Assembly (NCBI GenBank): GCA_050633245.1
Contig: JBOEGD010000011.1
Span: 492,985 to 556,984 of the forward strand
Reading direction: 5' to 3'
DNA: 64,000 nucleotides
DNA from: Calditrichia bacterium
GTDB lineage: Bacteria > Calditrichota > Calditrichia > RBG-13-44-9 > J075
This document shows positions 20,446-31,200 of this stretch, piece by piece (within the stretch, counting starts at the first letter, position 1; each line of letters opens with the position of its first letter). The notes beneath the pieces are model-generated. The model was not told the DNA's origin. It ran no database searches and worked only from the letters and a program-made list of their open reading frames with translations. The translations under genes were made by a program, and so were the position numbers.

Positions 20446-21137
20446 TCTTCTTCTCCACGGTAAAGCATTGCAGCAATAATCCCTAAAGCAACAGCAACCA
20501 ACAAACCAAGATTATGGGGCAATCCTGCTGCTAACAGTGCCACAATCGCAGCAACAGTGCCTGCGAATAACAGGCGCGCACTTTTAATCATTGGCACTAA
20601 CAGACCAATAAACATAAGTGGAATTGCAAAGCCCAGTTGCCAGTTTGCTGGAATAATTGCCCCTACTACCAGTCCGACAGCACTTGTTGAAACCCAGACT
20701 AACCAAAGGGCGGCACCATGTCCGAAATGATACCAGTTTTTAAACGGTGAATCGGGATATTCATTAAAATATGCAATAGACAGAACATATGGTTGATCAG
20801 TAACAAAGTATCCCAAGAGCACCTTCCATGTGGTCGAAAACTGCTTAAAATGCGAACTTAATGAGGCGCTGTAAATAACGAAGCGAATATTCACAATGGT
20901 CGCAGACAAGATAATTACCCAAGCAGCGGCATCGACCTTAAGCAAAGCGACTGTCACCAATTGAGCAGCACCAGCTAGTAAAAAAATGGACATCGCCGTG
21001 CCGAGAATCGGGTCGATTCCCACTTCGGCAGCCGCGACGCCATACATCAACCCGAAAGGAATTGCACCGGGAATGATTGGCAGAAAAGCCTGCATACCGC
21101 CCCAAAAGGCTCCGCGAGAAGTTGTATAAACTTTCAT
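20442..21137 (-). CDS. azlC: AzlC family branched-chain amino acid permease
   Basis: PFGLMYG, AGAAQL, VNIRF..YS, TDQ.Y, FAIPLMFI. Confidence 0.92.
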   Translation of the reverse strand: MKVYTTSRGAFWGGMQAFLPIIPGAIPFGLMYGVAAAEVGIDPILGTAMSIFLLAGAAQLVTVALLKVDAAAWVIILSATIVNIRFVIYSASLSSHFKQFSTTWKVLLGYFVTDQPYVLSIAYFNEYPDSPFKNWYHFGHGAALWLVWVSTSAVGLVVGAIIPANWQLGFAIPLMFIGLLVPMIKSARLLFAGTVAAIVALLAAGLPHNLGLLVAVALGIIAAMLYRGEEE

Positions 21138-21197
21138 ATGATGGCCAAGACAGCAGAACTTTCAGCCGGATATCGACCAAACATCTGCAAAGTAAGA

Positions 21198-21422
21198 TTA
21201 TTGTTTTTCCAGTAAAAGACTGATACTCTGTATTGATTGACCGGCCACTTCAACATACTTTCCTTGAGGAAATTCAGCTACCATTTTTTGATCTGTGTTT
21301 ACATGATCTACATGAATAGTATGTGACTTCGTACAAGAAGGTAGTAGCGCCAGCAATATCAATAGGCAAGGAACGATTTGCAGTATAAGACAACGATCAA
21401 CAGCTTTATTTAAACCACTCAT
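21198..21422 (-). CDS. Small hypothetical lipoprotein, possibly a fragment
   Basis: 74 aa with hydrophobic stretch and LPSC lipobox-like motif. Confidence 0.35.
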   Translation of the reverse strand: MSGLNKAVDRCLILQIVPCLLILLALLPSCTKSHTIHVDHVNTDQKMVAEFPQGKYVEVAGQSIQSISLLLEKQ

Positions 21423-21478
21423 GAACTTATTCCATGAGTTTACAGTACATTGCTAGAACAATTTGATCATCACATTTT

Positions 21479-22714
21479 TTATTTCTGTATAAATAATTTC
21501 TGTCGCAGGACTTGTGTTCGAATATTTTCAAACTGAACCTGCACAAAATATATCCCGGAAGCAAAGGAATTGGTATTTATACGATAGCGCTCGCTCTCTC
21601 CCCTGCCCTCATACACTTTCATGCCCAGCACATTGTAAATGGCTACATCATATCGTCCACTTAAATTACTGAAGAACAGATTGACATCCGAGTTCGTTGG
21701 ATTCGGAAATACAGTAACCGATTGCTCTGCCACAACATTCACAGCGGTATGCTCTATACCGGTGGTCGGGCCAAGACAAAGGATGTCAGTTAACATATCT
21801 GCCGATTCCTGAATTACAAGATCACGACTTCCTCCAATAAAATAGCTCACGTGAAGCGGGCTGTTAAAAACCGTAAACAACTCGTTCGTCACGCCAGCTG
21901 CATCCCCGGCAAGACTCATCTCACCGCTGCCATAAGACAGTAAGGGAAAGGGAAATGCATTAGAATCACCATAGCCATAGGGAACAATCGGATCGAACTC
22001 ATCATGCGCGCTATAAAATGGAGGTGAGTCAGTCCCAATCCAATGGGCGCGGGTAAGAGAGCCCGAGTAATTTAACAATCCCTGCACTTCAGAGCTATAC
22101 TGTGTGTTAGCGCTGCTGTTTCCTTCAAAACCGCCATTGTTGTTAATAGCGTTTAGTATATAGGACGGAATAATGTCATTTGCATCCAGAAAAGCGGAGT
22201 TAGAACTGGTAACACCACCAGCTGAAATACCGCCTCCAAAGATATAATCCGGGTCGATACGATACGTATTTTGCGTGGCGGCATCCTCGCGTAAATAGCG
22301 AACTGCTGCACGAAAGTCACCAATTGCCTTTATCACGACGTCAGCGAAGCCGATAGAGTCCGTAACCAATCCATCTATTAAGCGATAATCAATTGTTGCT
22401 GTGACAAACCCACGTCGCGCGAAGCTCTGGCAAAGAAAGGCCATGTCGCCACGTTGACCATTTACAAATCCGCCACCGTGAACTAAGACAATAGCCGGTC
22501 GGGCAGTAGCAACATCGCCTGTTGGCTCATAAATATCCATAAGCAGGTTCTTCTGTGCACCACCGATGGTCGTGTTCTGACCATACTGAACGGCACTGGT
22601 AAGATCGAAATTACTAAACACTTCATTCAGATAGCGATTTCCATCGCAGGTTGGATGTTGAGCGGAAACAGATGCAGTAAGACATATTAGAAAGACCGTT
22701 AACATTCTTGTCAT
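21479..22714 (-). CDS. Secreted alpha/beta hydrolase (carboxylesterase-like) with T9SS type A-like CTD
   Basis: HGGGF, GISAG nucleophile elbow, DPIVP, His near PLHVSY; CTD VFPNPT...IYNVLG...SGIYFV. Confidence 0.88.
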   Translation of the reverse strand: MTRMLTVFLICLTASVSAQHPTCDGNRYLNEVFSNFDLTSAVQYGQNTTIGGAQKNLLMDIYEPTGDVATARPAIVLVHGGGFVNGQRGDMAFLCQSFARRGFVTATIDYRLIDGLVTDSIGFADVVIKAIGDFRAAVRYLREDAATQNTYRIDPDYIFGGGISAGGVTSSNSAFLDANDIIPSYILNAINNNGGFEGNSSANTQYSSEVQGLLNYSGSLTRAHWIGTDSPPFYSAHDEFDPIVPYGYGDSNAFPFPLLSYGSGEMSLAGDAAGVTNELFTVFNSPLHVSYFIGGSRDLVIQESADMLTDILCLGPTTGIEHTAVNVVAEQSVTVFPNPTNSDVNLFFSNLSGRYDVAIYNVLGMKVYEGRGESERYRINTNSFASGIYFVQVQFENIRTQVLRQKLFIQK

Positions 22715-22785
22715 TTGGGGCCCCTTTTAAGTGAAATTCGGTGATCGGTCATCAGAACGCAATATCTATACATGATTGACGCAAT

Positions 22786-23091
22786 TTAATCGTTTGTTTC
22801 ATATTTCTTTAGCCAGCGATCTATAACAAATGGACCAAAGGGCACAACAGCTCCCAGCACACCCCAGACAGCAAGTTTTTGGGGTATTGGAACACGGTTG
22901 ACGGCTATTGCAAACATTACACAGAGCGCAACGAATAGAAAGCCATGTAGTGAACCAACAATTGAAACAGCTGTTGGCATATCAGCCATATATTTTAGCG
23001 GCATGGCAATGCCAAATAGAATTAGAGTGGAGATGCCTTCAACAATCCCAAGACGACGCAATTTAGTCAGGAAATTTTGATCGGGGACCAC
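22786..23091 (-). CDS. DUF3817 membrane protein
   Basis: EGISTLILFGIAMPLKY, GSLHGFLF, VPFGPF. Confidence 0.85.
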   Translation of the reverse strand: MVPDQNFLTKLRRLGIVEGISTLILFGIAMPLKYMADMPTAVSIVGSLHGFLFVALCVMFAIAVNRVPIPQKLAVWGVLGAVVPFGPFVIDRWLKKYETND

Positions 23092-23182
23092 TTTTATGCC
23101 TCATGTTTATTAACGGATTTTTTTGACAAAATCTAAGAAGGAAGGCAAAAGGAAAGCAAGGTGTTTCGATAGATGTTTAAGC

Positions 23183-23782
23183 CTACCACCCTTGTTCAAG
23201 TTTAAATTTGATTGGCTCGTATTTGTCAAATCGCTGAAAGTCTTCTCGAAAGAGAATCCACTTCATATCTTCGATTCGCTTTCCATCAGCATCTTTTTGC
23301 GGTCTGCGTTCAATCACTTCAAGCTGATACCCCAGCTTCTCGGGAATACGCGCACTCGGAACGTTTAATGGATCGCAGATTATATAAAGTTTTTCGACAT
23401 TAAGATGCTCCACCCCAAGCTTTGTAAGGGCGTATGTGCATACCGAAGCATAACCTTTTCCGGCTTGGTGTTGATCGATATTATAGCCGATTTCGAGCGT
23501 CCCGGCTCCCTGCCTGCGAAAAAGGTACATGATGCCAATTAGTGCAGAATCATCAAAGATGCCATAAGTATAGCTTTGGTCTGAAAACCAGGCACCTTTC
23601 CATTCACGAATCTGCTCACGCTTTTGCTCAACACGCTGTGGCTCCGCAACGGCTTTCGGAAGCCAGGGCATATAATATTCTTTATTGCTGGACATCAAAT
23701 GCTGAAGTGCGGGCGCATCAGGGATGTCCAGCATTCGCAAATGAAGATTACCGACAAAAATTTTTTCAACGAGATTTATCAT
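23183..23782 (-). CDS. GNAT N-acetyltransferase (RimJ/RimL-like)
   Basis: LEIGY, GKGYA, N.PSARIPEKLGY; the upstream extension in the ORF track is translated REP DNA. Confidence 0.85.
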   Translation of the reverse strand: MINLVEKIFVGNLHLRMLDIPDAPALQHLMSSNKEYYMPWLPKAVAEPQRVEQKREQIREWKGAWFSDQSYTYGIFDDSALIGIMYLFRRQGAGTLEIGYNIDQHQAGKGYASVCTYALTKLGVEHLNVEKLYIICDPLNVPSARIPEKLGYQLEVIERRPQKDADGKRIEDMKWILFREDFQRFDKYEPIKFKLEQGW

Positions 23783-23796
23783 GTTCTTTCCGGAAG

Positions 23797-23830
23797 TTGG
23801 TAGGGGCGCCATGCATTGCGCCCCTACCAA
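23797..23830. repeat. GTAG-type REP palindrome
   Basis: TTGGTAGGGGCGC-CATGCATT-GCGCCCCTACCAA: 13-bp perfect inverted repeat containing GTAG/CTAC. Confidence 0.75.
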
Positions 23831-23834
23831 ATAT

Positions 23835-26333
23835 TTATTTCAACAGAGTCATTTTACCGGTATGGCGAAATTCACCGGCATTAAAGCGATAGACGAACAC
23901 ACCGCTTGCCACCGGCTTGCCGGCGTCATCCATACCATTCCACTTCACTTGATGTTGGCCGGCATTCATCTCATTGTTCAACAATTCTCGAACCTGCTGG
24001 CCGAGCGAATTGTATACAACCAGACGCACGTCCTGACGCTGAGGTATCTGAAAAGATATTGCTGTGCTGGGATTAAATGGATTGGGGTAGTTCTGACTAA
24101 CGGAAAATGTTTGCGGAATCTGACTTTCTTCGCCAATACCAACCAGCGGATTGAGTAGTTCGACATCATCGACAAACCAATCGTCATTTGGGAAACTACT
24201 TGCTCCGCCATTTGCCTGCAATCTAACCTGAAACTGGCCATGGAAATAGGTTCCACCACCATTAGGCGCGCTGGTAATGTCCAGTGAAACGGGCTCAAAC
24301 GGAACAACAGTCGAACCGCTTTTGGACCAAACCGTAATCCACTCCCCCAGATCATTCTTGAACATTACACGAAGCGTATCGTTTTCCTCGGGTGCATTAC
24401 CGGTGCCCTGGGGTTGATAATTAAAATTAAACCTTAGTCCAACACTTTCCAGTCCACTTGTATCAACCGGTTTCATATCGACAATATCCTCACCAGAAGG
24501 GCGACCGTTCAAATTCAGAGAATAAGGCCCGCTCGGTGCGTTTTGAGCACGATCATCGACTTCACCGCCACTGTTTTCCCACACACCAGGATTCGGAATA
24601 CCAGGCACATCGAACTGATCGGCTATCGGGAGTCCTAAGGGCGTGCCAACCGCTTCAGTCAGTTCGCTTTCGTTCTCTGCTGCCTCATCGTCCACAGCGC
24701 TCACCTGCCAATCATAATAAGCAGGAACTTGCGGTGAATAAGTTTCCGTCATCGTTCCTGCCGTATCGCCGGACGTCTGCGCAAATGTGGTTACCAATAC
24801 ACCGTTCTGATACAGATTAATTCCAGCCAGATCATCCATTGGTGTATTGTCAATATTAGTAGCAGGGTTCGTCCAGGTAATGCTTACCTCACTCTGATTT
24901 CCAGAGACAGACAGTGCTGTTGGCGCGTCTGGTGTCGCAGCACCACCGGCAGTCCAAATGGTTGTAATTGGATCGCTGTTAAATCCGCTGCTATCGTGAC
25001 GGGCAACGATTGAATAGAGATATTCCTGGCCGTCATTTAACCCGGTATCGGTAAATGTTTCCACACCGCCCGCAATGGAGTCAACAAGCACATCGTCACG
25101 AGTAACCATAACAGTAAATTCACTGGCTTCAAGCATATCACCTGTAACCAACCGCGTCGGATCTTCCCACGTCAACGTCATGGCATCAGGAGTCGTGTAG
25201 TCGCTATAGGCGACAGCATTGAGCGGCACTTCCGGCAAGAACGGCTGAAAATCGACTGCTGCCCAAAAGGCAGGGTGGAAAAAGCTAGTGCCATTATTAT
25301 TTCCGCCACCACCTGTGTTACAACCACCGTGAGTATGCACGCCAACCGCGAAATGTGTCGCTCCATCAATAACCGGGCTACCGGAATTACCGCCTTCGGT
25401 ATCGGTTACATAACGCATCACATTACCGCTTGAGCCCGCGTTTGGTCCAATATGAGTTTGTAGCGTTTGATTATCCACTCCCGTATCTACACCATATCCG
25501 GTAATACGGATACTATCCGGGTCATGATCCTGAACCAGAATGAACCCGCCACCCTGACGGTCGATTGGCAATTCACCGGTAAGACTGTTCGGGTTACAGT
25601 CAAATACTGCCCAATCGTTACCCACGCCGCTACCCGTGCCCACAAAACTGGATTGAATAATTGGGAATTGATCTTCAGGAGGTGGATTTTGTGTTGTTCC
25701 GCCTGGTAGTGATGGTGGCACGTTGAATTGCAAAACCTGTGAGTTAGAACTGATACAATGACCAGCAGTAATATGCTTGCCATCAGCAACGATCCAACCG
25801 GTACAGCCAATTGGCATAATTCTGCCTGACCATGGCTCAGTATCCTGAATACGGTCATCAACCGGGCCACACTGGCTTAGAAAAATGGGGTCGGTCCCCC
25901 ATTCTCCGACGACTACATTATCTATTTGTAAGAACACATTATCATCTTCTTGCGCAACAAACAGTTCCAGCAATAACGCATCGCCATTAAAGTAGGCGCT
26001 GGAGTTTCGCCACTGTGCAATTGCTCTGGCATCTAAGATTTGTTGATAACCATCAAGCTGAGAGGTCACTCGCAAAAAGCTGCCATTTCCAAGATAGGAC
26101 GCAGAGAATTGAAGGCGAATCCACGGCACGCCATCAACGCGAACAAGGCTACTATATACCATTTCAGTTATTGCTGAATTATCTGCACCATCATGCACAC
26201 CGGAATGCCACATATAGCTCTTCAGGCTTTCAGCAATAGGCGCTGGTTGAGAATATAAATTTGATGAGACAAGCAGAAGCTGCAACATACATACAACAAG
26301 CAGCGTCTTTATCGGTTTGAAGCGAAAACTCAT
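23835..26333 (-). CDS. Secreted trypsin-like (S1, V8/glutamyl-endopeptidase-like) protease with FN3-like domains and CTD
   Basis: TAGHC (His), NDWAV (Asp), DTEGGNSGSPV (Ser), VGVHTHG; QNYPNPFNP CTD. Confidence 0.9.
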   Translation of the reverse strand: MSFRFKPIKTLLVVCMLQLLLVSSNLYSQPAPIAESLKSYMWHSGVHDGADNSAITEMVYSSLVRVDGVPWIRLQFSASYLGNGSFLRVTSQLDGYQQILDARAIAQWRNSSAYFNGDALLLELFVAQEDDNVFLQIDNVVVGEWGTDPIFLSQCGPVDDRIQDTEPWSGRIMPIGCTGWIVADGKHITAGHCISSNSQVLQFNVPPSLPGGTTQNPPPEDQFPIIQSSFVGTGSGVGNDWAVFDCNPNSLTGELPIDRQGGGFILVQDHDPDSIRITGYGVDTGVDNQTLQTHIGPNAGSSGNVMRYVTDTEGGNSGSPVIDGATHFAVGVHTHGGCNTGGGGNNNGTSFFHPAFWAAVDFQPFLPEVPLNAVAYSDYTTPDAMTLTWEDPTRLVTGDMLEASEFTVMVTRDDVLVDSIAGGVETFTDTGLNDGQEYLYSIVARHDSSGFNSDPITTIWTAGGAATPDAPTALSVSGNQSEVSITWTNPATNIDNTPMDDLAGINLYQNGVLVTTFAQTSGDTAGTMTETYSPQVPAYYDWQVSAVDDEAAENESELTEAVGTPLGLPIADQFDVPGIPNPGVWENSGGEVDDRAQNAPSGPYSLNLNGRPSGEDIVDMKPVDTSGLESVGLRFNFNYQPQGTGNAPEENDTLRVMFKNDLGEWITVWSKSGSTVVPFEPVSLDITSAPNGGGTYFHGQFQVRLQANGGASSFPNDDWFVDDVELLNPLVGIGEESQIPQTFSVSQNYPNPFNPSTAISFQIPQRQDVRLVVYNSLGQQVRELLNNEMNAGQHQVKWNGMDDAGKPVASGVFVYRFNAGEFRHTGKMTLLK

Positions 26334-26413
26334 AGGGGACCTCTGAGATTTGGAGTTGAAATATGGGAAGCACTACGCACTAAGAATACAAATTTGTGAA
26401 GGAAAGAACAACC

Positions 26414-26769
26414 AAATTATTGACAATTGATCATTGACCATTGGACAATGACAGTAAGAGAAAACTACGCAAGGAATAAGCGTGTATTCAGATTCACACC
26501 ATGGTCAATGGCAAATACTCAATGGCAATTGATCATGGTGTGAACTACGGATTGAAATCTATATCAATATTTTTGTCGCGCCGAGTGGAATCGAGGCACT
26601 TAGACAAATAATTTAACAGCATAATTTAACAAAAATGTGCACTTTGATGGAGTTAATACCGAGCGTAGCCGAGGAGCCAGCATGACATTTCCGTCTCCAA
26701 AGTAGGGCCCATGTTTCAACATGTAACTCACATCAATGACCAATGAACAATGGCGGATGGTCAATTATT
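26414..26769. repeat. Composite intergenic repeat element (heptamer arms, hairpin, short BOX-like motifs)
   Basis: CATTGAC-like units at 26420-26452 and CAATGAC-like units at 26734-26753; 17-bp IR 26493-26544; CCGAG-N6-CGAGG motifs at 26581 and 26659. Confidence 0.6.
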
Positions 26770-28129
26770 AGTCTCCATCATCGGCTGTACCGCCCATGAG
26801 TACAACTTTTGGCAACATGCGCGCAACGGGCTCGATAAGAACACCATCTTGTAACCCAATGACCATCTCGATGTCTTTATAGGCTTGAAAGGTCTCGTCT
26901 TTTTCCAGCCCGAAGTGCAGAATATCAAGCTTTGCCATGTGTTTTTGAAAAGAGGCCTCATCATGTAGCTTCTTAGCCTGCGTACGCGAATGCCAGCGTC
27001 CGGCACCATGCGAGGATGAACTCAAACTTTCTTCATTACCCAATCCACGCACCAGGTAAGACGGCGTTCCGCTTGAGCCGGGAATAATACCCATTACCCC
27101 TTTCTCGGCCGGAGTTGCCCCCTTCCGGTGAATCACAGTTTTATTGCCCTTGTCTTCCCAGGCAAAGTTGTGGCGATTCCAGATTGTTTCAACAGCTGCG
27201 AGATTAGCAGCCTTGCAAAAGTGTTGATGGATAAGATCATGATTAGCCTTGGCGTATTCTCCCATAAGCTGCATGGCCATCCAATATTCACGACCAAGAT
27301 CATGATCCATACTAAGCCATTCATATCCGGATCGAATCTTACGAGCAACCTGACTGGTCCACTTCTTCGCATGTTGGAGATAATTTGTTGCCGTTTTATG
27401 TCCAACACCACGACTGCCGCTATGCGTCATCAGTGCGACACCTTTCCAGCCCTTTTTAAAGGTAGGCGTATCCTTAATAAATTCAATCGTTACAAGATCG
27501 GCAAAGTGATTCCCTCCACCTGATGAGCCAAGCTGCCTCTGTGCGAGTTCTCGTTTCTGTTTCAGAAATTTAATCTCGCTCCATACCGGACTATCCATCA
27601 CCTTATGTTCACGAGCACCATCAGCAAAGTCTGAGCCCATTCCAAATGCCGTCACATCACGAAGACGTTGGGCAAAGTGCGGACGCTTAGCAATAAACTC
27701 AGCTTCAGGCAGATCCAAAATTGTAAGTTGCATCATACAGGAGATATCATAACCGATAAACGATGGCGAAACAGCATTTTCCAACTCTACGACGCCTCCA
27801 ATTGGCATCGCATATCCCAAATGGGCATCGGGCATCATCGCACCCCGGGTAGCCACCGGCAAGCGCATGACATTATACATCTGATCGACGGCATTCATGG
27901 GAATATGCTCATTGACCTCCCCAAAAACCTTGAACGGAGCAGCATTTAAGCGAGGCTTCATAAAAACCGCCTTACCATAGCATTCTTCTGCCCAATCGAG
28001 AAGCTCCTGCTTATTCGCGCGGGGGTTCTCTTTGATGTATTGTGCAGCAGCCCGAGCGATTGCAGGGAAATTATCCAAGACAAAATACTGATCCAGTATT
28101 TTATGCGGCTTTAGCTTCTTCCGTGACAC
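26768..28129 (-). CDS. rtcB: RtcB RNA 2',3'-cyclic phosphate/5'-OH ligase
   Basis: MPDAH.GY..PIG, GYDISC, LGSSGGGNHF, HSGSRG, HNFAW, HRKGATPA, SSSHGAGR, AYKDI; GTG 28129 follows GGAG. Confidence 0.95.
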   Translation of the reverse strand: MSRKKLKPHKILDQYFVLDNFPAIARAAAQYIKENPRANKQELLDWAEECYGKAVFMKPRLNAAPFKVFGEVNEHIPMNAVDQMYNVMRLPVATRGAMMPDAHLGYAMPIGGVVELENAVSPSFIGYDISCMMQLTILDLPEAEFIAKRPHFAQRLRDVTAFGMGSDFADGAREHKVMDSPVWSEIKFLKQKRELAQRQLGSSGGGNHFADLVTIEFIKDTPTFKKGWKGVALMTHSGSRGVGHKTATNYLQHAKKWTSQVARKIRSGYEWLSMDHDLGREYWMAMQLMGEYAKANHDLIHQHFCKAANLAAVETIWNRHNFAWEDKGNKTVIHRKGATPAEKGVMGIIPGSSGTPSYLVRGLGNEESLSSSSHGAGRWHSRTQAKKLHDEASFQKHMAKLDILHFGLEKDETFQAYKDIEMVIGLQDGVLIEPVARMLPKVVLMGGTADDGD

Positions 28130-28167
28130 GACATGCTCCAGATTAAATATTCGCAAAGCAAGGCAAT

Positions 28168-28214
28168 AAAGTTGCCTCTTTCGATTTACAAAGAGATCGA
28201 AAGGGGCAACTTTT
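28168..28214. terminator. Intrinsic terminator after the GH85 gene
   Basis: AAAGTTGCCTCTTTCGAT/ATCGAAAGGGGCAACTTT stem with A/T flanks. Confidence 0.8.
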
Positions 28215-28232
28215 CTTATTAAAAATAGATTT

Positions 28233-31200
28233 TCACTTCATCAGTATCATCTTTTGCGTTTGCTGCGTGTTTTCCCCACTTAGACGATAGAGATATATAC
28301 CTGAACTCTGCGAAACGCCTGCGTCATTCCTGCCATCCCACACTACCTGATAGCTTCCGGCAGTTTGCTTTAAATCAACTAGCAGCCTTACCCGTTGGCC
28401 AAGAAGATTATAAACGGCTATGGTTACCTGACCATTCTGCGGCAAGGAGTAAGCAATGGTGGTAGCTGGGTTAAATGGGTTCGGATAATTCTGCTCCAGC
28501 ACATAGCCACTCGGAATCGACAGACCATCCTCAATACCCACCAGAGGTGCAGGATCGACCCACATTGGATCTTTAGCATCTACCCCGGGCGTACTCCCAA
28601 GCGTGCCGTCATTACCGTACACAGAGAGATCTGAAGTGATTTGTCCTGATCCTTCATTAAACTGCCAGTATCCGACCAGGCCACTGTCTGCTGTTGTATA
28701 ATAGACGGGATCGAGCTGACCAGACATGGTTCTCTGAATCTGCTCCTGAGTTCGCCCGACATTCCAAACCCGTACTTCATCGATCGTACCGAGGAAATTT
28801 CGATCGGCGCTTACCTCAGAGCTACCAACCTGCAGGTCGAAGGTAGAGTTGCGTAAGTTAAAGCCTGCATTTGTAGACCCAACTTCCGCACCATTGATAA
28901 AAATCTTCATCTCGCTTCCATTGTAACTGCCGGCCACATGATACCATACTTCTGTTTGCATAAGCCCCACAGCCGAGTTCAACTCATTCCAACTCCCGGA
29001 GCCAAGATTAAAGTTTAACTGTCCATTATTACCGGCCCGTAACATATAACCGCTGTCATTGCCCGGTCCTTGCTGTTCTTTATTCATAATTGAACCCTGC
29101 CAGACATTCGGCTGCCAGGATGATGCTTTTATCCATGCTTCCAAAGTTATCCCCTGGCCGGTGATCTGCAATGAAGCATCGTTGCCTAAATCCAGATAGT
29201 CATTATCAAAGAAGAGAGCATTTCCTGTGGTATCCACAACCATATTGTCTGTAGTAAAGCTCCAAACGGTTCCGGTAGCCGTTCCGACAGTGTTCACCTC
29301 ATCGATACGCCAGTAATATACTGTTCCCGGCATTAGCACACCCGGGTCGTACATAGTCGTTGCCTCATTAGAGACAAAGGGCGGCGGATTTGTTGTGCCT
29401 AAATAGACGTCATGTGTAAGCGCTCCCATTCCTGCGGTCCAGTTTAAATCTATCCCGGTAGTCACATCCGTTTCACCATCACCAGGGATCGGATTGGTAG
29501 CGACCGTCGGTTGCTGCGAGACATCCCATGTAAAGGTAGTTGTTGCAGGTGTCGCATTCTGAAAATCGAGTCCAACGGCAATAACCTCCAGTGTCACAGT
29601 ACTTTCATCACCAACACGCTCAACGGAGGGGACAAAATATGCCGTATTCGCAGTTCCGCCGAGAAAGGTTCGTGAGTTGTCTGGATTTACTCGGAAGATG
29701 TTGTAATAATACACCTCATCTGATGAACCCGTCCAGCGCAGGCGCAGTGTCGCTTCAGATGGAGATTCTTCAACTTTGCGCTCCACAGAAACCATGCTTG
29801 CAGGAGCAGGAGCCGAAGCGTTTACATCATAAACTGCAAGTCGACCCAGCCGCATATCGTAAGAGTTGATGCCAGCCGCATCAAAACGCAGGGAAATTTC
29901 GATCAATTTTCTGCCGGCTTGCCCAGACAAATCCAGCGTTTGCATTTCCCAGTCAGACGTTGTTGCACTTCCCAATGCAATAAATTCTTCAAACAGGGGA
30001 AGATCTTCAAAACGTAATCCAATACTTAAAGCCGTGGGTCCGGCGGCTGTTTTATATGCAATGTCGAGACGAGAGTCTGCAGTTAGGTCAAGCTCTGTTT
30101 TGTATAAGCGAAGATTATTTTCAGACTGCAAGTCACCTGAAATTTTGATGCTGTTTCCACCATAATAAGCATCTGTCCAGTCCATCTCAGGATAAAGCGG
30201 AGTTCCAGTAGATGTAATTACCCAGCGCCAGGTTGGCAGAATATCCTGTAAAGAAATATTGTTCCAGCCAGTAGTAGACCATGAATCCGGGCTACCCTTC
30301 TCACCGTCGATATAGTAATCGAATCCATGCCCGGTATTGAAGTTCGTAACAAAAGGTAGTTCAGTAGCGGCAGATTTGGCCGGAATGTAGTTGGCTAAGC
30401 CTTTCCAATTGCTGGTAGTTGTGGTATTTGACGGGTCACGATTTGCGCCAACCCAGAAGCGATTGTCGCGTGTATAAAAATCGGCTACATTTGAAGCACT
30501 TGAATACGTCCATGAAGGCACATAAAATCCGACTGAGGTTCGCTGCGCCTGCCCCGCCGGAAACAGACTGGCCCAGTTCACTCCGGTATTGTAGCCGTTT
30601 GCCTGAACATCAATTCCGGCATATAAATCAAATTCACTGCGATTAAGATTGTTAGCATTTGTACGTGTCGTTGTCAGATCACTTGCCGTCCAGCCAAAGT
30701 CCAGAAACATGTATTCAGAAACCACCGTGTCGCTGTATTGGAAAAACATGTCGTTATTGCTATTCAGCTGCTCCTGCCAGGAAATAGCACCACTTTCTGT
30801 CATGGCATCATACCACTGAAGCTGCAAGTTTGAGTTTCGTTGAAAGTAAAGCATGAACTCACGCATATCAGCAGCAAGAATGGCATTTCCACCAGTGGTT
30901 TCCTGATTGATAAACCAGCCGTCGAAACCATAATATTCTGCCACCTCAATCAATTTATCCGCCACGGGAAAGGTGTTTCCGGAACGTTGCAACAGATCCT
31001 GCACCCACTGTATTTGTCCACCAAAAACAACGGGTGGAAAAAATATTGTTCCCAACACCGGCACACCATTACGGTGGGCAGCATCGACAATGCCTGGATT
31101 TGGGGCAAGAATAAGCCCCTCTCCGGCAGACCCTCCCCAAAACACCAGCACATCGAGATACTGCCAATAATTGTAAGAATAGTAATTAACGTCCAGTCCA

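Noticed and set aside
26334-26767. tRNA or Y RNA next to rtcB
   Set aside because: No cloverleaf, T-loop GTTCRA or Ro-binding stem recognised by eye; kept only as an unassigned structured spacer.
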